A DNA stretch of 64,000 bases from the human T2T-CHM13v2.0 reference genome, Homo sapiens. Under the pieces are notes generated by a model. It was given only the letters and a program-made list of their open reading frames with translations, searched no databases and was not told the DNA's origin. The stretch is taken from assembly GCF_009914755.1 (NCBI RefSeq), contig NC_060926.1; one strand, 5' to 3'. Positions within the stretch are counted from its first letter, which is position 1, and the number at the start of each line of letters is the position of its first letter. This document shows positions 35,206 through 53,480 of the stretch, piece after piece. Position numbers and translations under genes: made by a program.

Positions 35206-35825
35206 TAAGGCACAGGTGATCACATTTCATGTCCTCAGCAACCCTCTGAAAGAGATGCTCTTATTCCCATGATATGGTCTCATGTTACTGCTGGAGAGAC
35301 CTACAATCAGAGGGGCTGAGATCCTGTTCCAGTGGTACACAGCAGTGAAGTGGGAAATTCAAACCCAGGGCTCTGGAGAAGACAGCAGACAGGTACTCTG
35401 GGAGAAAGCTGGAACTCCCAACCTGCCCCCAGAGGCAGGGCAAGAGGCCCCTCAGCAGAGCTGGGCCGCAGGCTGGCTGGCCAGGGAGCTTACGGTGTGG
35501 CTCTACCTGGAGGTTGGCGGGGCTGGCAGTGTGAACAAGGAGAGGAAAGAGCCCCCTGATTTTGGTTCCTTGCAGTGAGCAGAATGTCACTTGTCACTTT
35601 GAATCAAATTGCATTCTCCTCCTGCCCTTTCCTCCCCCAGGGCTGTGGGCAAGTCCCCTTAAGCCCCTGTCTCTACAATGGCAGGTTATTTGATGAGCTC
35701 GTGTTTATAAAAACGCCTGGCGCTTGACAGGCACTCAGGGGAGTCCACAGCTATCACTGGAGGTTTGTTGATCTCACTCTGCTTTGCTGGCATAGTGATT
35801 GTGGGTATTTTGATCATAACTTTTA

Positions 35826-36453
<628 letters not shown>

Positions 36454-36956
36454 AGGTAATATTTTCAGATGAAGCAACATCTGGGATTTGCTTTAAAATA
36501 GTACAGGACGGGAAACAAAATTGGCCGGGAGTTGAAGCTGGATAATGGGACTGTGGGAGTCTGTTTTGCAAACTCCAAAGTGCAGGAATCCTCTGGGGAT
36601 CTGGTGAAAATGCAGATTCTGATCAACAGAGCCTGTGTGACCTGGGCATCTGCATTCCGAGCCTGCTGCTGGCCTGTGGGCCACCCTTTCATTAGGAAGA
36701 CACTGAGTCATCTCACTCAGTCTTCTGTACGTCCTGGGCACTGTGGTGCTGACCCTGGAATGAATCAGATCCGAGTGTGCCAAGGAACTTGCAGCCAAGC
36801 ACAGAAGAAAAGACAAACACAATAACATGTACAACACAGGCAGCCTGAGACCCACAGGGGATTTCAGGGCTTCAGTGCAGTGGGATTTCTGCAGGGGAGA
36901 GGCCATCCCTGTCAGACTGGCTCAGAAAGCAGGACTGGGGTTTGCAGGAGAGTTGA

Positions 36957-37220
<264 letters not shown>

Positions 37221-37809
37221 TAGGCCACAAACCTTCAGCAACTCCTCCAGACCCTTGGGACACAAAACACAAGGGTGGGGTGCATGGTAGGGGAAGGGGG
37301 GCCAGGCAGCACAAAGGGGAAAGACTGAGGACTTAATAAACTTCCACCAGGTGTGTTTTCCACGGGATTGTAAGGAATATTCTTTTTAAAAAGGCATCCA
37401 AGATCAAATCAATTTGGGAAATGCTAGATGCATGTGTTCAGTTGCTGGAACTGAACTGGAAAGCAGTTGCTGGGCCAGAGTGAGGACTGCAAGAGGTTTA
37501 TTGAGGGGTAAACCTGCAGAAGGCAAAGTGGGAGAAAGCAGGAGTGGGCAGGATGAGCCTTCAAACTTGGATGCTGCTCAGACGCTTATGAACGGGAAAA
37601 AGAGAGGAAGCAGCTTGGGTCGGGAGAGGCTCACGCTGTGATCCAGATCTAAGTCTTGGCCAACCCAGCAGGCAGCTCTGGAGCAAACTGCTCCTTAGAA
37701 GGCTCCTGGCTTCGGCCCCGGTGACCCCGGCCTCAGTCTAGTCGGGGCTGCCCAGAAGCCCGTGGCCTCGGCCCCAAGGCTGTCAGCTGCTGGACAGCAC
37801 AGTCTCTCT

Positions 37810-40190
<2,381 letters not shown>

Positions 40191-41170
40191 AAAAAAAAAC
40201 TGCCTGCATCAGATTCTTTCTTAAAGAGACACCCAACCAGTCGCCCCCATGATGGCCACACTGGGTTCAATAAGTTAAACAGGTTTCGTAATGGTGGCAC
40301 TTCTCAGAGGCTCTGCTGTGCATTGGGATTCCTCGAGAGAGAGACAGGGTGCCGTGTTTCCTAAACCTACTTCCCCAAGGAACCCTTTTCCTTCGTTTCA
40401 TGGGACTATGCTGGATGCTGGTATTCTGAAACTGCATTCTAACCATTAATGGGCCATAAAATCAGTCTTCTAGAACAAATCAAATATCATAGAATAGAAA
40501 CACCCCAGCACGTCACTCTTCATAAGAACTAGTACTGAGTATTTTGTTCTAACTTTGTGTGTGCAGGTGGACATGTGTATATACTAGGATGTAATGCAAA
40601 ATATCTTTCTTACTGTGGATCACATCAGAAAACTTGCAGAAACAGCTTTACAAAAAAGACTGACCACTTCCGTGTGCCCTGGCCTGGACACGCTGTTGGC
40701 ACTCCCCATGCCGGCTTGGCCTCTCCGTATCAGCCTCAGCCCTGCAACCTGAGCCATCTTTCTAAGCTGTGAATCTGCTCCCACACTCTCTCAGAAGCTT
40801 TACTGCTTCCCTTATTACTGCAGAATGATTGCCCAAGTTCTGAGCCCGGCATTTAAGGCTCTGTGCCACCTGGCCCTACCTACTAACTAGTTCTGTCTAC
40901 CTTCCACTGCTTTCCTCCTGCATCCCACACTCTGACAAGATTTCTGCGTCTGCAAGCACACTCCATGCTTTTTCTGACCTCCGAGGTTTTCCCTGCATTT
41001 TTGTCTTCCTCTTAGCGGGCGCTTGGCTTCCGTCACTGTCTGGTGCAGCCGTGCCCATTCTTCAATTCGAGGCTTGGCCACCTCCTCTGAGAAGCCCTCT
41101 TACATGATCCCACTCAAATTACATTTTCTCCTCTCTGCTCCCATCATGGGCATCGCCCGCTTACCTTCAG

Positions 41171-41313
41171 CCTTTGGAAATGCCAAGACAATCCGCAACG
41201 ACAACTCAAGCCGCTTTGGGAAGTACATTGACATCTACTTTAACCCCAGCGGGGTGATCGAGGGCGCGCGCATCGAGCAATTTCTCCTGGAGAAGTCCCG
41301 GGTCTGCCGGCAG
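41171..41313 (+). CDS. MYO7B: Myosin VIIb exon 7 ([18 protein letters not shown], switch I...LEKSRVCRQ)
   Basis: ttcag|CC ... CAG|gtgagg; 143 nt. Confidence 0.98.
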
Positions 41314-41506
41314 GTGAGGCCTCCCCCTTCCCAGGTCGGGAGTTGAGGGAATGGGGGAGGTTTCCAAGAGGGGCCCCTTTCCCACTCTCACCTCTCCTCC
41401 CCTCTTCCCCAAGGGCCCTCCCAGAACCCACAGGCCTCACTGGATAATGAGGGCCCTTCCCCAGTATTCCAGGACAGCAAATGATAGAAATTTTTCCATT
41501 TTGAGC

Positions 41507-41861
<355 letters not shown>

Positions 41862-43845
41862 TCATCCCTACTAGAATTAATTCTGAGACTAGGCTAGTTG
41901 GGTGGGCCGTATCTTCAGGTATGTTAGGGGACATGGCAGAAAGACACAGATGACAGTATCCCAAATACCACATGGCCAGGAAGTACAGTGGCATGTGGCC
42001 TGTGTTGTCACACCAGGCCCTGTGCTCAGGGGGCCCCATGCTTGGTTTCATGCTCTGCTATTGCCACCTTGAAATTCTTACTAGCTTTTTAGCAAGAGGG
42101 CCCATGGTTTCCTTTTGCACTGGGCGATCATGTAGCCAGTCCCAAATGGTAGGAATCCCAACACATGGCACCCACAACAGCAGAATTAATGCACCTGTGT
42201 GTGTGTGTGAGTGTAAGGGGGTGCTCTCGTATGATGGCATAACACCTAACACATGCATGTGTGCAAATGAGTGCACACACACAGAAGGGGTCCAGAGGGG
42301 AGAATGCCACCAACAGAGGGGCTGTGGCTGTGTGAGAGGGACAGATGCCTCCGCACTGTGACAAGCTGAGAAGGAAGGTCACATTTAGTGACCCTCCGAC
42401 CTGGTGCTATACTTTTCCTGTTTTATCTCATTTGACCTTCACAACCATGAGAGGTAGGTCTCTTTATCCCTATTGTACAGATGAGAAAACTGAGTCCAGT
42501 TAAGTTCGGCCCCTTGTCCAGGGTCACAGAGCCAGCAGATGGCAGAGTCTCTCTGCCCTGTCTGGAAGCTCCTATTTCTTGATATAGTGGTTGCTGAGTT
42601 CATAGAACTTGTCACCCAAAATGATACCCTGAAATGGGCAGGAAATTTCTAAAGCAGGTGAGAAACAAGGCCTGCCCAAGAAAAGAGAAAGAATTTAAAA
42701 TTACGGCATATCTATACTACAGAGGAGGCGGTCTGTCCATGTCAATGTAAAGGATCACCAAGAGATATGTTTAGGTGAAAAAAAAGGAAGTAGCAGAACC
42801 ACAAATATGTTTTGTGTAAAAAAAAAGAAACAAAGAAAAGAAAAGAGATAACTATTTATAGATATACTATAAGTAAATGTTTTTTTAAAAACATGTCTAG
42901 GTTCTGGGGCGGGGAGGAGGGGATTTAAGAAAGGGGAAGGCAGGATGGAAAGGAGCTCTCATTTTTTTGTTTTTGATCCTCCCACCTCAGCCTTTTGAGT
43001 AGCTGAGACTAGAGGTGTTTACCACCACATCCAGCTAATTTTCTTATTTTTTGTAGAGGTGAGGTCTCACTATATTGCCCAGGCTGCTCTCAAACTCCTG
43101 AGCTCAAGTAATCTTCCCGCCTCAGCCTCCCAAAACTGCTGGGATTACAGCCCAACTGAGACTCCCATCTTTTAACACTACTGCATATGCTTCAGATTGT
43201 TTGATTTGTATGAGAATGCATTTATAAATAGTGTTTTAAAAAATACAGAAGGCACCCTAGGCAACATGGCAAAACCCCATCTCTACAAAAAATACAAAAC
43301 TTAGCCGGACGTGGTGGTGTGTGCCTGTGATCTTAGCTACTTGGTAGGCTGAGGTGGGAGGATGGCTTGAATCCAGGACTTCGAGGCTACAGTGGGCTGA
43401 GATTGCACCACTGCACTCTAGCTTGGGTGACAGAGCAAGACCTTCTCTCGGAAAAAAAAAAAATACTGAAGGCCTAGGGAGCCCCGTGGCTGTCAGATCT
43501 CTCGTGGGCCACTAAGTGCCTGTGAAGACTGTGGGACTATAAGAGAGCCCCGACTCTGTGCCATCACTCCTGGCCTGGAGACTTTGGGCACAGCAGTGTC
43601 AGGGCTTCGAGGAGCAGTCAAGATGCAGGGAAATGGAGTTCTCAGGGCAGGGATGAGACAGCCGCGGAGGCCCGGGACAGGGACAGCAACCAAGCCAGGC
43701 TGGCCCTGGGTCAGTGCCAGAGCTGCTCCTGGCTGAGAGATGTGGAGCGGAGGCCAGGGCTGGGCTGGGCAGAGGCAGTCTGAGGCCCTGAGGCCTCAGG
43801 GGAATGGCTCATGAATCTGTCTGGAATGCCCTCCCTCCCTCCCAG

Positions 43846-43959
43846 GCTCCCGAGGAGCGGAACTACCATATCTTCTACTGCATGCTCATGGGGGTGAGTG
43901 CTGAGGACAAGCAGCTGCTGAGCCTGGGCACGCCCTCCGAGTACCACTACCTGACCATG
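43846..43959 (+). CDS. MYO7B: Myosin VIIb exon 8 (APEERNYHIFY...YHYLTM)
   Basis: cccag|GCT ... ATG|gtgagc; 114 nt. Confidence 0.97.
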
Positions 43960-45383
43960 GTGAGCTGCCCACCTGCCGCCTCCCAGTAGCCAGTGGAAGG
44001 GAGGAAAAAGAGCTTGTGCCGCTCCACCCTCCGCGACAGCTGCAGAGAAGCCCAACGCTGGCCGGGCCCCTGAGGCGGGGCTGGTTCCCTTTGCCTCTCC
44101 TCGCCAGCCCCTCTCTGCTGGGAATCACCTTGCCCGCGTGCCTCCCGCTTCCCCGTCACATGTACCCCATGCCCCAGGCTGGACCCGGGGCCTCCCCGCA
44201 GGCCTCATCTTCCTTTGGTCCCCACTGGATGACAGGCTCCCGGTGCCCAGTGGGCCACAGGGAGTTGCCCACATGCCTCCTGCTCCTGATTTCACTCCAA
44301 TTGTCTGTCCTTGCAGGCCCCCTAAAACGTAAGCCCCGGGCCCCAGGAAAGCAAAGCCCTTCCTGTGCTCCCAGCTGCACCCGCCACCTAGGACAGGGCG
44401 GCACCACAGCCATCGCTCATTAGCTGAGGCTCCCTGGCCCTCAGGAGAACTGCGCCTCCTGGTTTATTGACCACAGAGTGGACCCAGAGCATTCTGCCTC
44501 TGGGATCTCTCCCATGCAACCCTCTCTCCTGGGTCCACTGCTCCAAGGCCTTCACCAGCCCCTGCCTAGACTTCATGGGTCCCCCATCGCCAGTCTTGAC
44601 CTCTAATCTGTCATCTACCCTGCAGCCAAAGCACTCTTCCTGTAGGAAGGTTTGCACTGTAGTGTCATGCTTTGGATGGCACTGCTGCAGTGACCCCTGC
44701 GGCTTGTAGGGTAGAAGTCCAAACTCCTCCATGTGGTTTCCAGGTCCCTCCAAGATCTGCCCCTCTGCCGACCTCTCCCTTCTCAACACCCACCCCAGCC
44801 TCCCCGCAGCCCTGTCCCTGCCTCCCCACCTCGTGGCCTTGCTCCCATCATCCTCTGCCTAAACTGCCCTCTGTCCTCAGAGGCGGTGGGGCCAGCTCTG
44901 CACCTCCTCCAAGAAGCCTTTCTCCACCTCTCGATAGGGCTGGCCCCGGCCCCTGTGGTCTGGGCACCTGTAACAGGCAAATGGCCATGGCACGGTCACT
45001 GGCTCCCTGCCTGCCCCCCTGGATGCGCAGCACAGGGCCTGGCCCATGGCGAGCCATGGAAAGTGTTTCTTAAAGGAACAAACCCACAGTGTCCCCCAGA
45101 GAGACAAGGCAAGCTCGAGTAGGGACGAACGACAAATAGAGGATCAGAGAAGAAGTGTGACTTGGCCAAGGTCACACAGTGGCCAAATGCTGGTGCTGGT
45201 GGCAAGGCCTGATCATGCTGTGGCTACTGTGTCATGATTCTGCCTCTGAAAAGAGTTTTTGAGCGTGGACCCTACGTGGTCCACCCATTGCCTATGAAGT
45301 GCAGTGTCTCAGCCTTGCTGGTCCCAGGAGGGAGGTGGTGGGGCAGGGGATGGCCCCATTCACTGAGGCACCCTGTCCCTCAG

Positions 45384-45537
45384 GGGAACTGCACTTCCTG
45401 TGAGGGGCTCAACGACGCCAAGGACTACGCCCACATCCGCTCGGCCATGAAGATCCTCCAGTTCTCCGACTCCGAGAGCTGGGACGTCATCAAGCTGCTG
45501 GCTGCCATTCTCCACCTGGGGAATGTGGGGTTCATGG
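45384..45537 (+). CDS. MYO7B: Myosin VIIb exon 9 (GNCTSC...LAAILHLGNVGFM)
   Basis: ccctcag|GGG ... G|gtaatg; 154 nt. Confidence 0.97.
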
Positions 45538-46570
45538 GTAATGCCGGTTCTGCCCCAACTGCACCCTTGGGGAGGGAGAGGGAAGGGGACAGGAGCAGGA
45601 AGGCATCTCTAGGGGTTCTCACAGGAAGGATCCTGTGGTCCAACCCAGGCCTGGAAAAATATATCTAAAAAATTCAGCTGTGATTTTGGAGGCCTCGTGA
45701 GGCAAAGGGGAAAATGTCAAAGCTTAAGGCTCTCCACAGGTGGAGACCGGCCAATCATCCCCCACTTTTAGCTGGGACCCAAAAGGGCTTCCCCCTTAAG
45801 GTTCAGGTAAGCCAGAGTAAACAAATCCACGTGTGAACTTGCAAACCAGGTTGTGAGCAAGGGGCGGTCTGGGGATTAAGTTGTCCTGACCTGTGAACAC
45901 CCCCAAGCACCTAACGGCAGTTATTGACAGTCCTCGCTGGAAGAAAGCACCAGCAAGTTAGATTACAAATGATTCCTGTGAGTAGTTTTTCAAACACAAC
46001 ATCCAGCATGAAGCCAGGAAGAAATAGGAACAAGGAAATGAGATACCATGAACAAGAACCGGCAGAAATAATAAACAGTAGAAATCGATCCACAAAGATT
46101 TCAAAGTTGGAATTATTAGACACAGACTAGAGAAGTTCTGCTTATTTTGCTCAAGAAAAGAAGCAGCCAAGCTTGAAAATTTAGACAGCGAATGGGAAAC
46201 TTTAAAGACATTATAGATTTATAAACGAACCACATAGAAATTCCATTCTAAAATTAAAAAAAAAAATAACCAAAAGGAAGAACCCAATGGATGGTTTAAG
46301 GGATTCTGTGCCTGTCTAGGAGATGGAATGTGTGAGCTGGAGGGAAAGTCAGGAGAAACTGAGTACAGCATGGAGAGAGGAATGGCGGGAGATGTCAGAG
46401 AGAAGGTGGAGACTGGGAGGACACCGTGGCAGAGGGAGCACACCTTTCATTGGAGTCCTAAAGGAAAGGAGAGAGAAAGGGGCAGAGGCAATATTTGAAG
46501 AGATAGGGCTGGTTCCAGAACTAAGGAGAGACCATTCTCAAAGCAATGGGAAGGGATAGACTTTTCATAA

Positions 46571-47135
<565 letters not shown>

Positions 47136-47996
47136 CCACTAACATAACATTTAAAAGCCGGCACATTAAATGCTGTTTAGGGACTCTATGTAGGGAATAA
47201 AAAGCTAGGAAGTTAGAAGTCGGGAGGGTGCTTACCTCCGGAGGAGAGGGACACAGTCTCAGCCCGCAAGGACCTCGGAGGGCTGTGGGTGCTGGCAGAT
47301 CCTAGATTTGGCTTTAGCGTGGTTACGTGGTGCTGACTTTATTCTTTACAACACAGCTTTGTGTTTTATGCACTTCTTTATCTGTATATTTTATCTCCAA
47401 TTTTTTTCAGTTTAAAAAAGAAAAAAAGCAAAAACAAAGACACCCAAAGGTCCCGTCCCCCACCAGCCTGGCACGTCCTAAGCTGGACGTTGGTTGAAGA
47501 GGAGGAACTGGAAGCTGGGAGGCCAGTCAGGAGACGGTTGCAATAGAGCCAGGCCTGGCTTACAGCTGGAGCTCCATTAGTGCTTTGCTTCCTGTGACTG
47601 AATAAATAACGAAATGTCCGGGTTTCCACACCCAGCAGCATGGACTGAGGGGCCTGATGGCTCATCTCTCCAGTGCCAGTGTCTGCTGTGTTTCCCAAGT
47701 CAGACTTCTCCCTCCAAATAAGCCCACCTTTCTTTAAACTTCCCTTCGACCCAGGGCCCTGGTCTCCTCAAGAGGAAGTGGTCTGCCACGTTCATCAACA
47801 GCTAAGGTGTGAATGACCCATGGTCATGGGGCCGTTGGCTCCCTCAAAGAGAGGACACTGGGAGAGACCGTGGCTTACGCCAGGGCAGCTGTCCTCCTGA
47901 GTGGATCTGGGGCTGCCAAGGGCCCGGGCCAGTCGGGACCTTGCTCCCATCGCTCCAGGCTGCTTTCCAACTCAGCATTCCTGCTTCTCTCTCTAG

Positions 47997-48073
47997 CTTC
48001 GGTCTTCGAGAACCTGGACGCCTCAGACGTGATGGAGACGCCCGCCTTTCCCACCGTGATGAAGTTACTGGAG
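47997..48073 (+). CDS. MYO7B: Myosin VIIb exon 10 (ASVFENLDASDV...MKLLE)
   Basis: ctctctag|CT ... GAG|gtaggg; 77 nt; restores frame between exons 9 and 11. Confidence 0.92.
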
Positions 48074-49141
48074 GTAGGGGTGCTGTGCCCACAGCTTCCA
48101 TTTTGGTGGGGGGCCTCAGAGGCCTGGGCTGACAGACCCCTGACACCTGATTCTTATAACCCTACCCAGGCCCCCACCCCTTTCCCAGGGCCTAGGCTCA
48201 AACCCCTCCCTTCTGTATACTGCAGGTGCCTGAGGGTGGGCGCAGAGTGGGGCAGTGCCAAACAGAGCGGCGGAATGGCCAGTTTGGCTTTAATGAATGT
48301 TTCCTCCCTTTCCCTCCATTTCCTCCTGCTTGTCAGTGGCCCTGTTTCAGTATCCTCGCCCTCCACCCTGTCAGGTCCCTAGGCTCCCCGCTTGGACCCC
48401 AACCCACCCATCAGACCAGCCCTGCCCTGTGCCCTCACCCCGCAGGGCTTCTCCGGGGCTTGCACTATTCTGGGAGAGTGGAATGTGCCAGTGAGTCTGG
48501 GGCCCATCCCATTAGCCTTCCCGGTTGTTCCCCAGTCCAAATGCAGCCTTGGCTTAAAGGAAGGGCTGCAGGCCCTGAGTGAGGGGCTACCTCTGCAATG
48601 GGGACATGGCAGCACCCCACGTCACCCCCATTGACAGTTCTGGTGGAAAATTAATAGAATCAGGAGCAAGAAATAAATACATAAAGCAAGCAATCACATT
48701 AGGTACCTTTTGCTATTAACATTCTTCTTTTGGTTCGAGGGTACTCAGAAACTCTGGGTTTTGTCAGCTCCAGTGGAGGGCTGGCCCAGCACACTCTCTT
48801 GCTCCTTTAGACTCTCAGCCTTCAGGCGGGACTGATTTCAGTCAGGACATGCCTGAGGTCTGGCCTCAGATCCCTCCCTCACCCTCGTTTTCCAAGGCCA
48901 GCCTGGGGGAGCCAGCCCCTTTCTCAGCCCCCAGGAGACCCACTGAGGGCTTGACCCACCGAGCTGGAGAATCCTTCCCTAACAGCTCCCAGGGCCCTGG
49001 CCCTGGCCTCGGGCAGCGCCCACCCTCCGGTGGGCATAGGTGCTTGGTCACGAGAGGGAACAAGACTTGGCAGAAGCAGGTCAGAGTGCTGGGCCAGGCC
49101 CTGCTCCACAGGTGCGACGCAGCCCCCACCTTCCTCCCCAG

Positions 49142-49261
49142 GTGCAGCACCAGGAGCTCCGGGACTGTCTGATCAAGCACACCATCCTCATCCGAGGGGA
49201 ATTTGTCACCAGGTCCCTGAACATTGCCCAGGCTGCTGACCGGAGGGACGCCTTTGTCAAG
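49142..49261 (+). CDS. MYO7B: Myosin VIIb exon 11 (VQHQEL...RRDAFVK)
   Basis: ccccag|GTG ... AAG|gtacag; 120 nt; RDAFVK equals the RDALAK motif. Confidence 0.96.
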
Positions 49262-49554
49262 GTACAGAGCTGAGAGAGCAGGGCTTACATGGCCATCTGT
49301 TGACCACGGCTCTGCTTCTTGCTGTGCCGGTGGAGGGCAGGATGGAGCAGAGGGCCCTGGGCAGGTCCCCACTCTGCCAGTCACCTGCCTGGTGACCATG
49401 GACTCCTCAGCCTCTTGGGCCCTGGTTTCTTGCCTTTGAAGGAGGGATAACATCCACAGTAGGTCCAAGACATTCGGCCTCTCCAGGTGAACTTGGAGGT
49501 AACCTCCGCCTGAGCCTCCAAGCCCAGGATTCTCCCACCCCCGTGTCTCTCCAG

Positions 49555-49697
49555 GGCATCTATGGGCACCTCTTCCTGTGGATTGTCAAGAAGATCAATG
49601 CCGCCATCTTCACACCACCAGCCCAGGACCCCAAAAATGTGCGGAGGGCCATCGGCCTCCTGGACATATTTGGCTTTGAAAATTTCGAGAACAATAG
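49555..49697 (+). CDS. MYO7B: Myosin VIIb exon 12 (GIYGHLF...[10 protein letters not shown], switch II)
   Basis: ctccag|GGC ... AG|gtatga; 143 nt. Confidence 0.98.
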
Positions 49698-51370
49698 GTA
49701 TGAAGATCTCAGATCCCAGCCCCACTGCTTCCAGAAAACAGAAGATAAGCAGCTCCTCTCGAAGGGGGCAAGTTGGAGGGGAGCCGTCACCCTGCACCCA
49801 GGCCTGGCGAGTCCCACCAGATCCGTGTGCTCTGCATGGGGTGGCTGCTGTCCCCTGCCATCTAGAGAAGGCTGCACAACTAAAAGCTGTCCCTGAGAGC
49901 CGGGCTAAGGCCCCGGCATTTGTCACCCCTCTTGGGCCACCTGCTGTCCTCATGAGCCAGAGTGGATTATCACACGAGGTCAGGGTTGAAACAGAAATCA
50001 ATAACATGGATTCATCTGCATCTGGCTGGTTTATCATTTTAGGTAGTGGGGGAAGCTAGAAGCATTTGCAGACCATCCCTGATTTTTTAGTTTGTGGGGT
50101 AAGGCACAGCAGGACTCCTCTGACCGGGCATCCCAGTGTTCTGGCACCCCAGACTAGAAGCTGGAGAGCTGTAACCAGGAGGCAGGTCAGAAAATAGCTG
50201 CAAGCTATGACTGTGATGAAGGCTGGGGGTCGGATAGACAAAGGTGGTGAGGGGACCAGGCAACGGAGCCAGGCCAGGCCAGGTGATGCTCAGGGGCACT
50301 ATCACCAGCAAGAGGAGTCCCATGACGACTGGTACAAGCAGGCTGACAACACTAGCTTTGCAATTTAGCTTACCTGAGCCAGCTCACTGAAAGGGCTTGA
50401 TGGGACAGAGACCGGACCACTGGCTCCAGGAAGCAGAGCTCCTCTGGGCCCTGTCTGAGGAGCCAGGGGGCTAGCCTGACCTTGCATGCCCCTGCCCAAG
50501 GCCTGTCTGATCTGAGAGTGATTTAGAAGGGCCCCCCTTGGACAGCCAGGATTGTCAAGACACAAGCCATTCCACATGCAAGCACGCTGGGATCTCAGCC
50601 CTCCCAGGGCCAGCCGGGGGTGCAGGGCAGGTGCCTGCTCACTGCAGTCAGGTGGGAGAGGCAGGGCTGGCAGAACTTAGCCCAATGCACTCTCTAAGGC
50701 ATAGAGAGCTCAAGTGTGATTCCGATTATTGGCGTCTGGCCCTGGGAGGGACAGGTATTGGAGACAGCATGGGCCAGACTTTGGCAACTGATGGGAACTG
50801 GAGAGGAGGGACAGAGAGAGAAACTCCTCGGTTTCTGACTTGAGCCGGGGGTGGTAGGTGGAGGGGCCATTTCCCAAGGCAGGGAATGCAGGAGGAAGTG
50901 CAGGTTGGAGTTCTGGGAACAGGGGCAGTAGGGCGTATGCCTGGTTGATGCAGAGGGGCCCAGCAGTCAATGCTGGGTCTCTGGAAGCTTGTCTCAATAC
51001 CAAGGCTCACGGGTAGGGCTGCTGGTGTGCACTCAGACCACAAGAATTGTTTCAGTGTCAGGTGGGCAGGCCTGGTAGAGGACCCGGCAGGGGGCTGTGA
51101 GAAGCTGAAGGCGAGGACTTGATGATATGCTGAGCCTCCTCGTTTCTTTGTCTTTTTGACGTGGGGTGGAGAAGGTGACAGTGATGGAGGCAGACAGAGG
51201 AGAGAGAGTGCAGGAATGAGTGTGCATCTCTGTGTACACGAGGTGTGCATCTGTGGGCATATCTGTATGCAGCTGTGTGCAGATGGCTGGTGATCCTATG
51301 GCTCCAGCCTGCTGCAGCGGGGACTCAGCTGGCCCCACTCCACCCCTGGGCAGTGACCTTGCCTCCACAG

Positions 51371-51581
51371 CTTCGAGCAGCTCTGCATCAACTTCGCCAA
51401 CGAGCACCTGCAGCAGTTCTTTGTGCAGCACGTGTTCACCATGGAGCAAGAGGAGTACCGCTCGGAGAACATCTCCTGGGACTATATCCACTACACCGAC
51501 AATCGGCCCACCCTGGACCTGCTGGCCCTCAAGCCCATGAGCATCATCTCCCTCCTGGACGAAGAAAGCCGCTTCCCGCAG
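51371..51581 (+). CDS. MYO7B: Myosin VIIb exon 13 ([17 protein letters not shown]...[10 protein letters not shown])
   Basis: ccacag|C ... CAG|gtgtgt; 211 nt; relay helix. Confidence 0.98.
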
Positions 51582-52026
51582 GTGTGTGTTCGGGCCTGCC
51601 GACCTTCTGGTGGAGGCCCTGCTATGGGTCTCCTCTTGGAGGCTGGGAAACTCCATTTGGGTGGGCCACTTGTTCTGAGAGTCACTAAAACCTCTGCCAG
51701 GAATAAGCAGAAGAGCCTCAGTCTAACCAGACAGACCCTCCTCTCCAAGGCCCACTTCTCTGACTGCTGGGGTCCTCAGACAGTAGTTCAGAGGGTGGAG
51801 CAGAAGAGCTGGTGGTGGAGGGCGGCAGACCCGGCCTCTGCTCCCAGCTCAGCCCTCACTCCCTGCAACAAGTCACTGACCCCTGGGCATTAGTTTCCTG
51901 TCTGTACAAAGGCCCTCAATCATTCTGAGCCCAGATCTCTTTGCCTCCATGAGGAAGTCCCTGAGCCTCACCTCCCCATGGCTGGACTCTGGGACCTCAG
52001 CCCACAGGGTGTCTGGGTTCTTCCAG

Positions 52027-52162
52027 GGGACAGATCTCACCATGCTGCAAAAGCTGAACAGCGTCCATGCCAACAACAAGGCCTTCCTACAGCCCAAGAA
52101 CATCCACGATGCCAGATTTGGCATTGCCCATTTTGCCGGCGAGGTGTACTACCAAGCAGAAG
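52027..52162 (+). CDS. MYO7B: Myosin VIIb exon 14 (GTDLTML...HFAGEVYYQAE)
   Basis: ttccag|GGG ... G|gtgggt; 136 nt. Confidence 0.97.
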
Positions 52163-52329
52163 GTGGGTGCAGCTCTCCTCTCATGTCCCTTCCAAATCTG
52201 GACCGGGTTCCAGGGAGACCATGGAAAGCAGGCTCAGAGGATGAGGCTATTTTGCAGCTCTAGCAATGGGGCAGAGGGATGAGTAGTATGGCTTCTACTG
52301 GAGAAAGAAAATGGAGTGGACCGGGCATG

Positions 52330-53480
52330 TTTTGTTTTGTTTCTGGTAATAACTCTGTTGAGACATAATTCACATACCATGTTATTTACCTATTTTAAGT
52401 GTACGACTCGACTGTAATATATTCAGAGTATATTAATGATTGCCACAATTTTAGAACTTTTTCGCCACCCCTAAAAGAAACCCCTCATGAGCAACCACTC
52501 CCATTTCCCCCCAGCCCTGGGCAACAATTAATTTCTGTCTCTATGGATTTGCCTATTCTGACTTTTTGCATAAATGGAACCATATAATACGTGGTCTTCT
52601 GTGGCTGGTTTCTTTCACTTAGCATCATGTTTTCAAGGTTCATCTATGTTGTAGTACGTGTCAGTGCTCCATGTCTTTTTATTGCAGAAAAACATTCCAT
52701 TATCTGGAATGTTTATCTCGTCATCAGTTGGCGGACATTTGGGTTTTTTCCACTTTTTGCCTATTATGAATAACACAGCTATGAACACCCATGTACAAGT
52801 GTTTGTGTGGGCATATGTTTTCATTTCCCCTGGGTATCTACCTAGCAGCAGAATTGCTGTGTCATATGATAACTCTATGTTTAACTGTTTGAGGAACCAC
52901 CAGACTGTTTTCCAAAGCGGCTGTATGATTTTACATTCCCACTAGCAATGTATGAGGACTCCAGTTCCTCCACATCCTTGCCTACACATGTGATTGTCTG
53001 TCTTTGTTATTATAGCTACCCTAGTGGGTTTGAAGTCTCAATGTGATTTGCATCTGCATCCCCCGATGGCTAATGATGTTGATCGCCTTTTCATATGCTT
53101 CTTGGCCATTTGCACGTCTTCTTTGGAGGGATGTCTATTTAAATGCTCTGCCTGTGTTTTCACTGGGTTGTCTTTTCATTGTCGAGTTGTAAGACTTCTT
53201 TATATATTCTGGATACAAGTACCTAATAGGTGATTTTAAATTTTTTTCTCATTCTGTGGATTGTCTTTTCATCTGCTTGACGGTGTCCTTTGAGGCCCAA
53301 AAAGCTTTCATTTTGAAGAAGTCCAACTTATCTATTTTCCTTTCTTTGCTTGTGTCATATCTAAGAGTCCAGGGTCAAATACAAAGTCATGAAGATTTAT
53401 CCCTATGTTTTCTTCTAAGATTTTTTTAGTGTTAGTTTTTACGTTAGGTCTTTGACCCATTTTGAGTTAATTTTGGGATA
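52330..53480 (-). mobile_element. L1MB-like 3' region
   Basis: gacataattcacataccat...ctatggatttgcctattctg...ttgaggaaccaccagactgttttcc. Confidence 0.85.
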
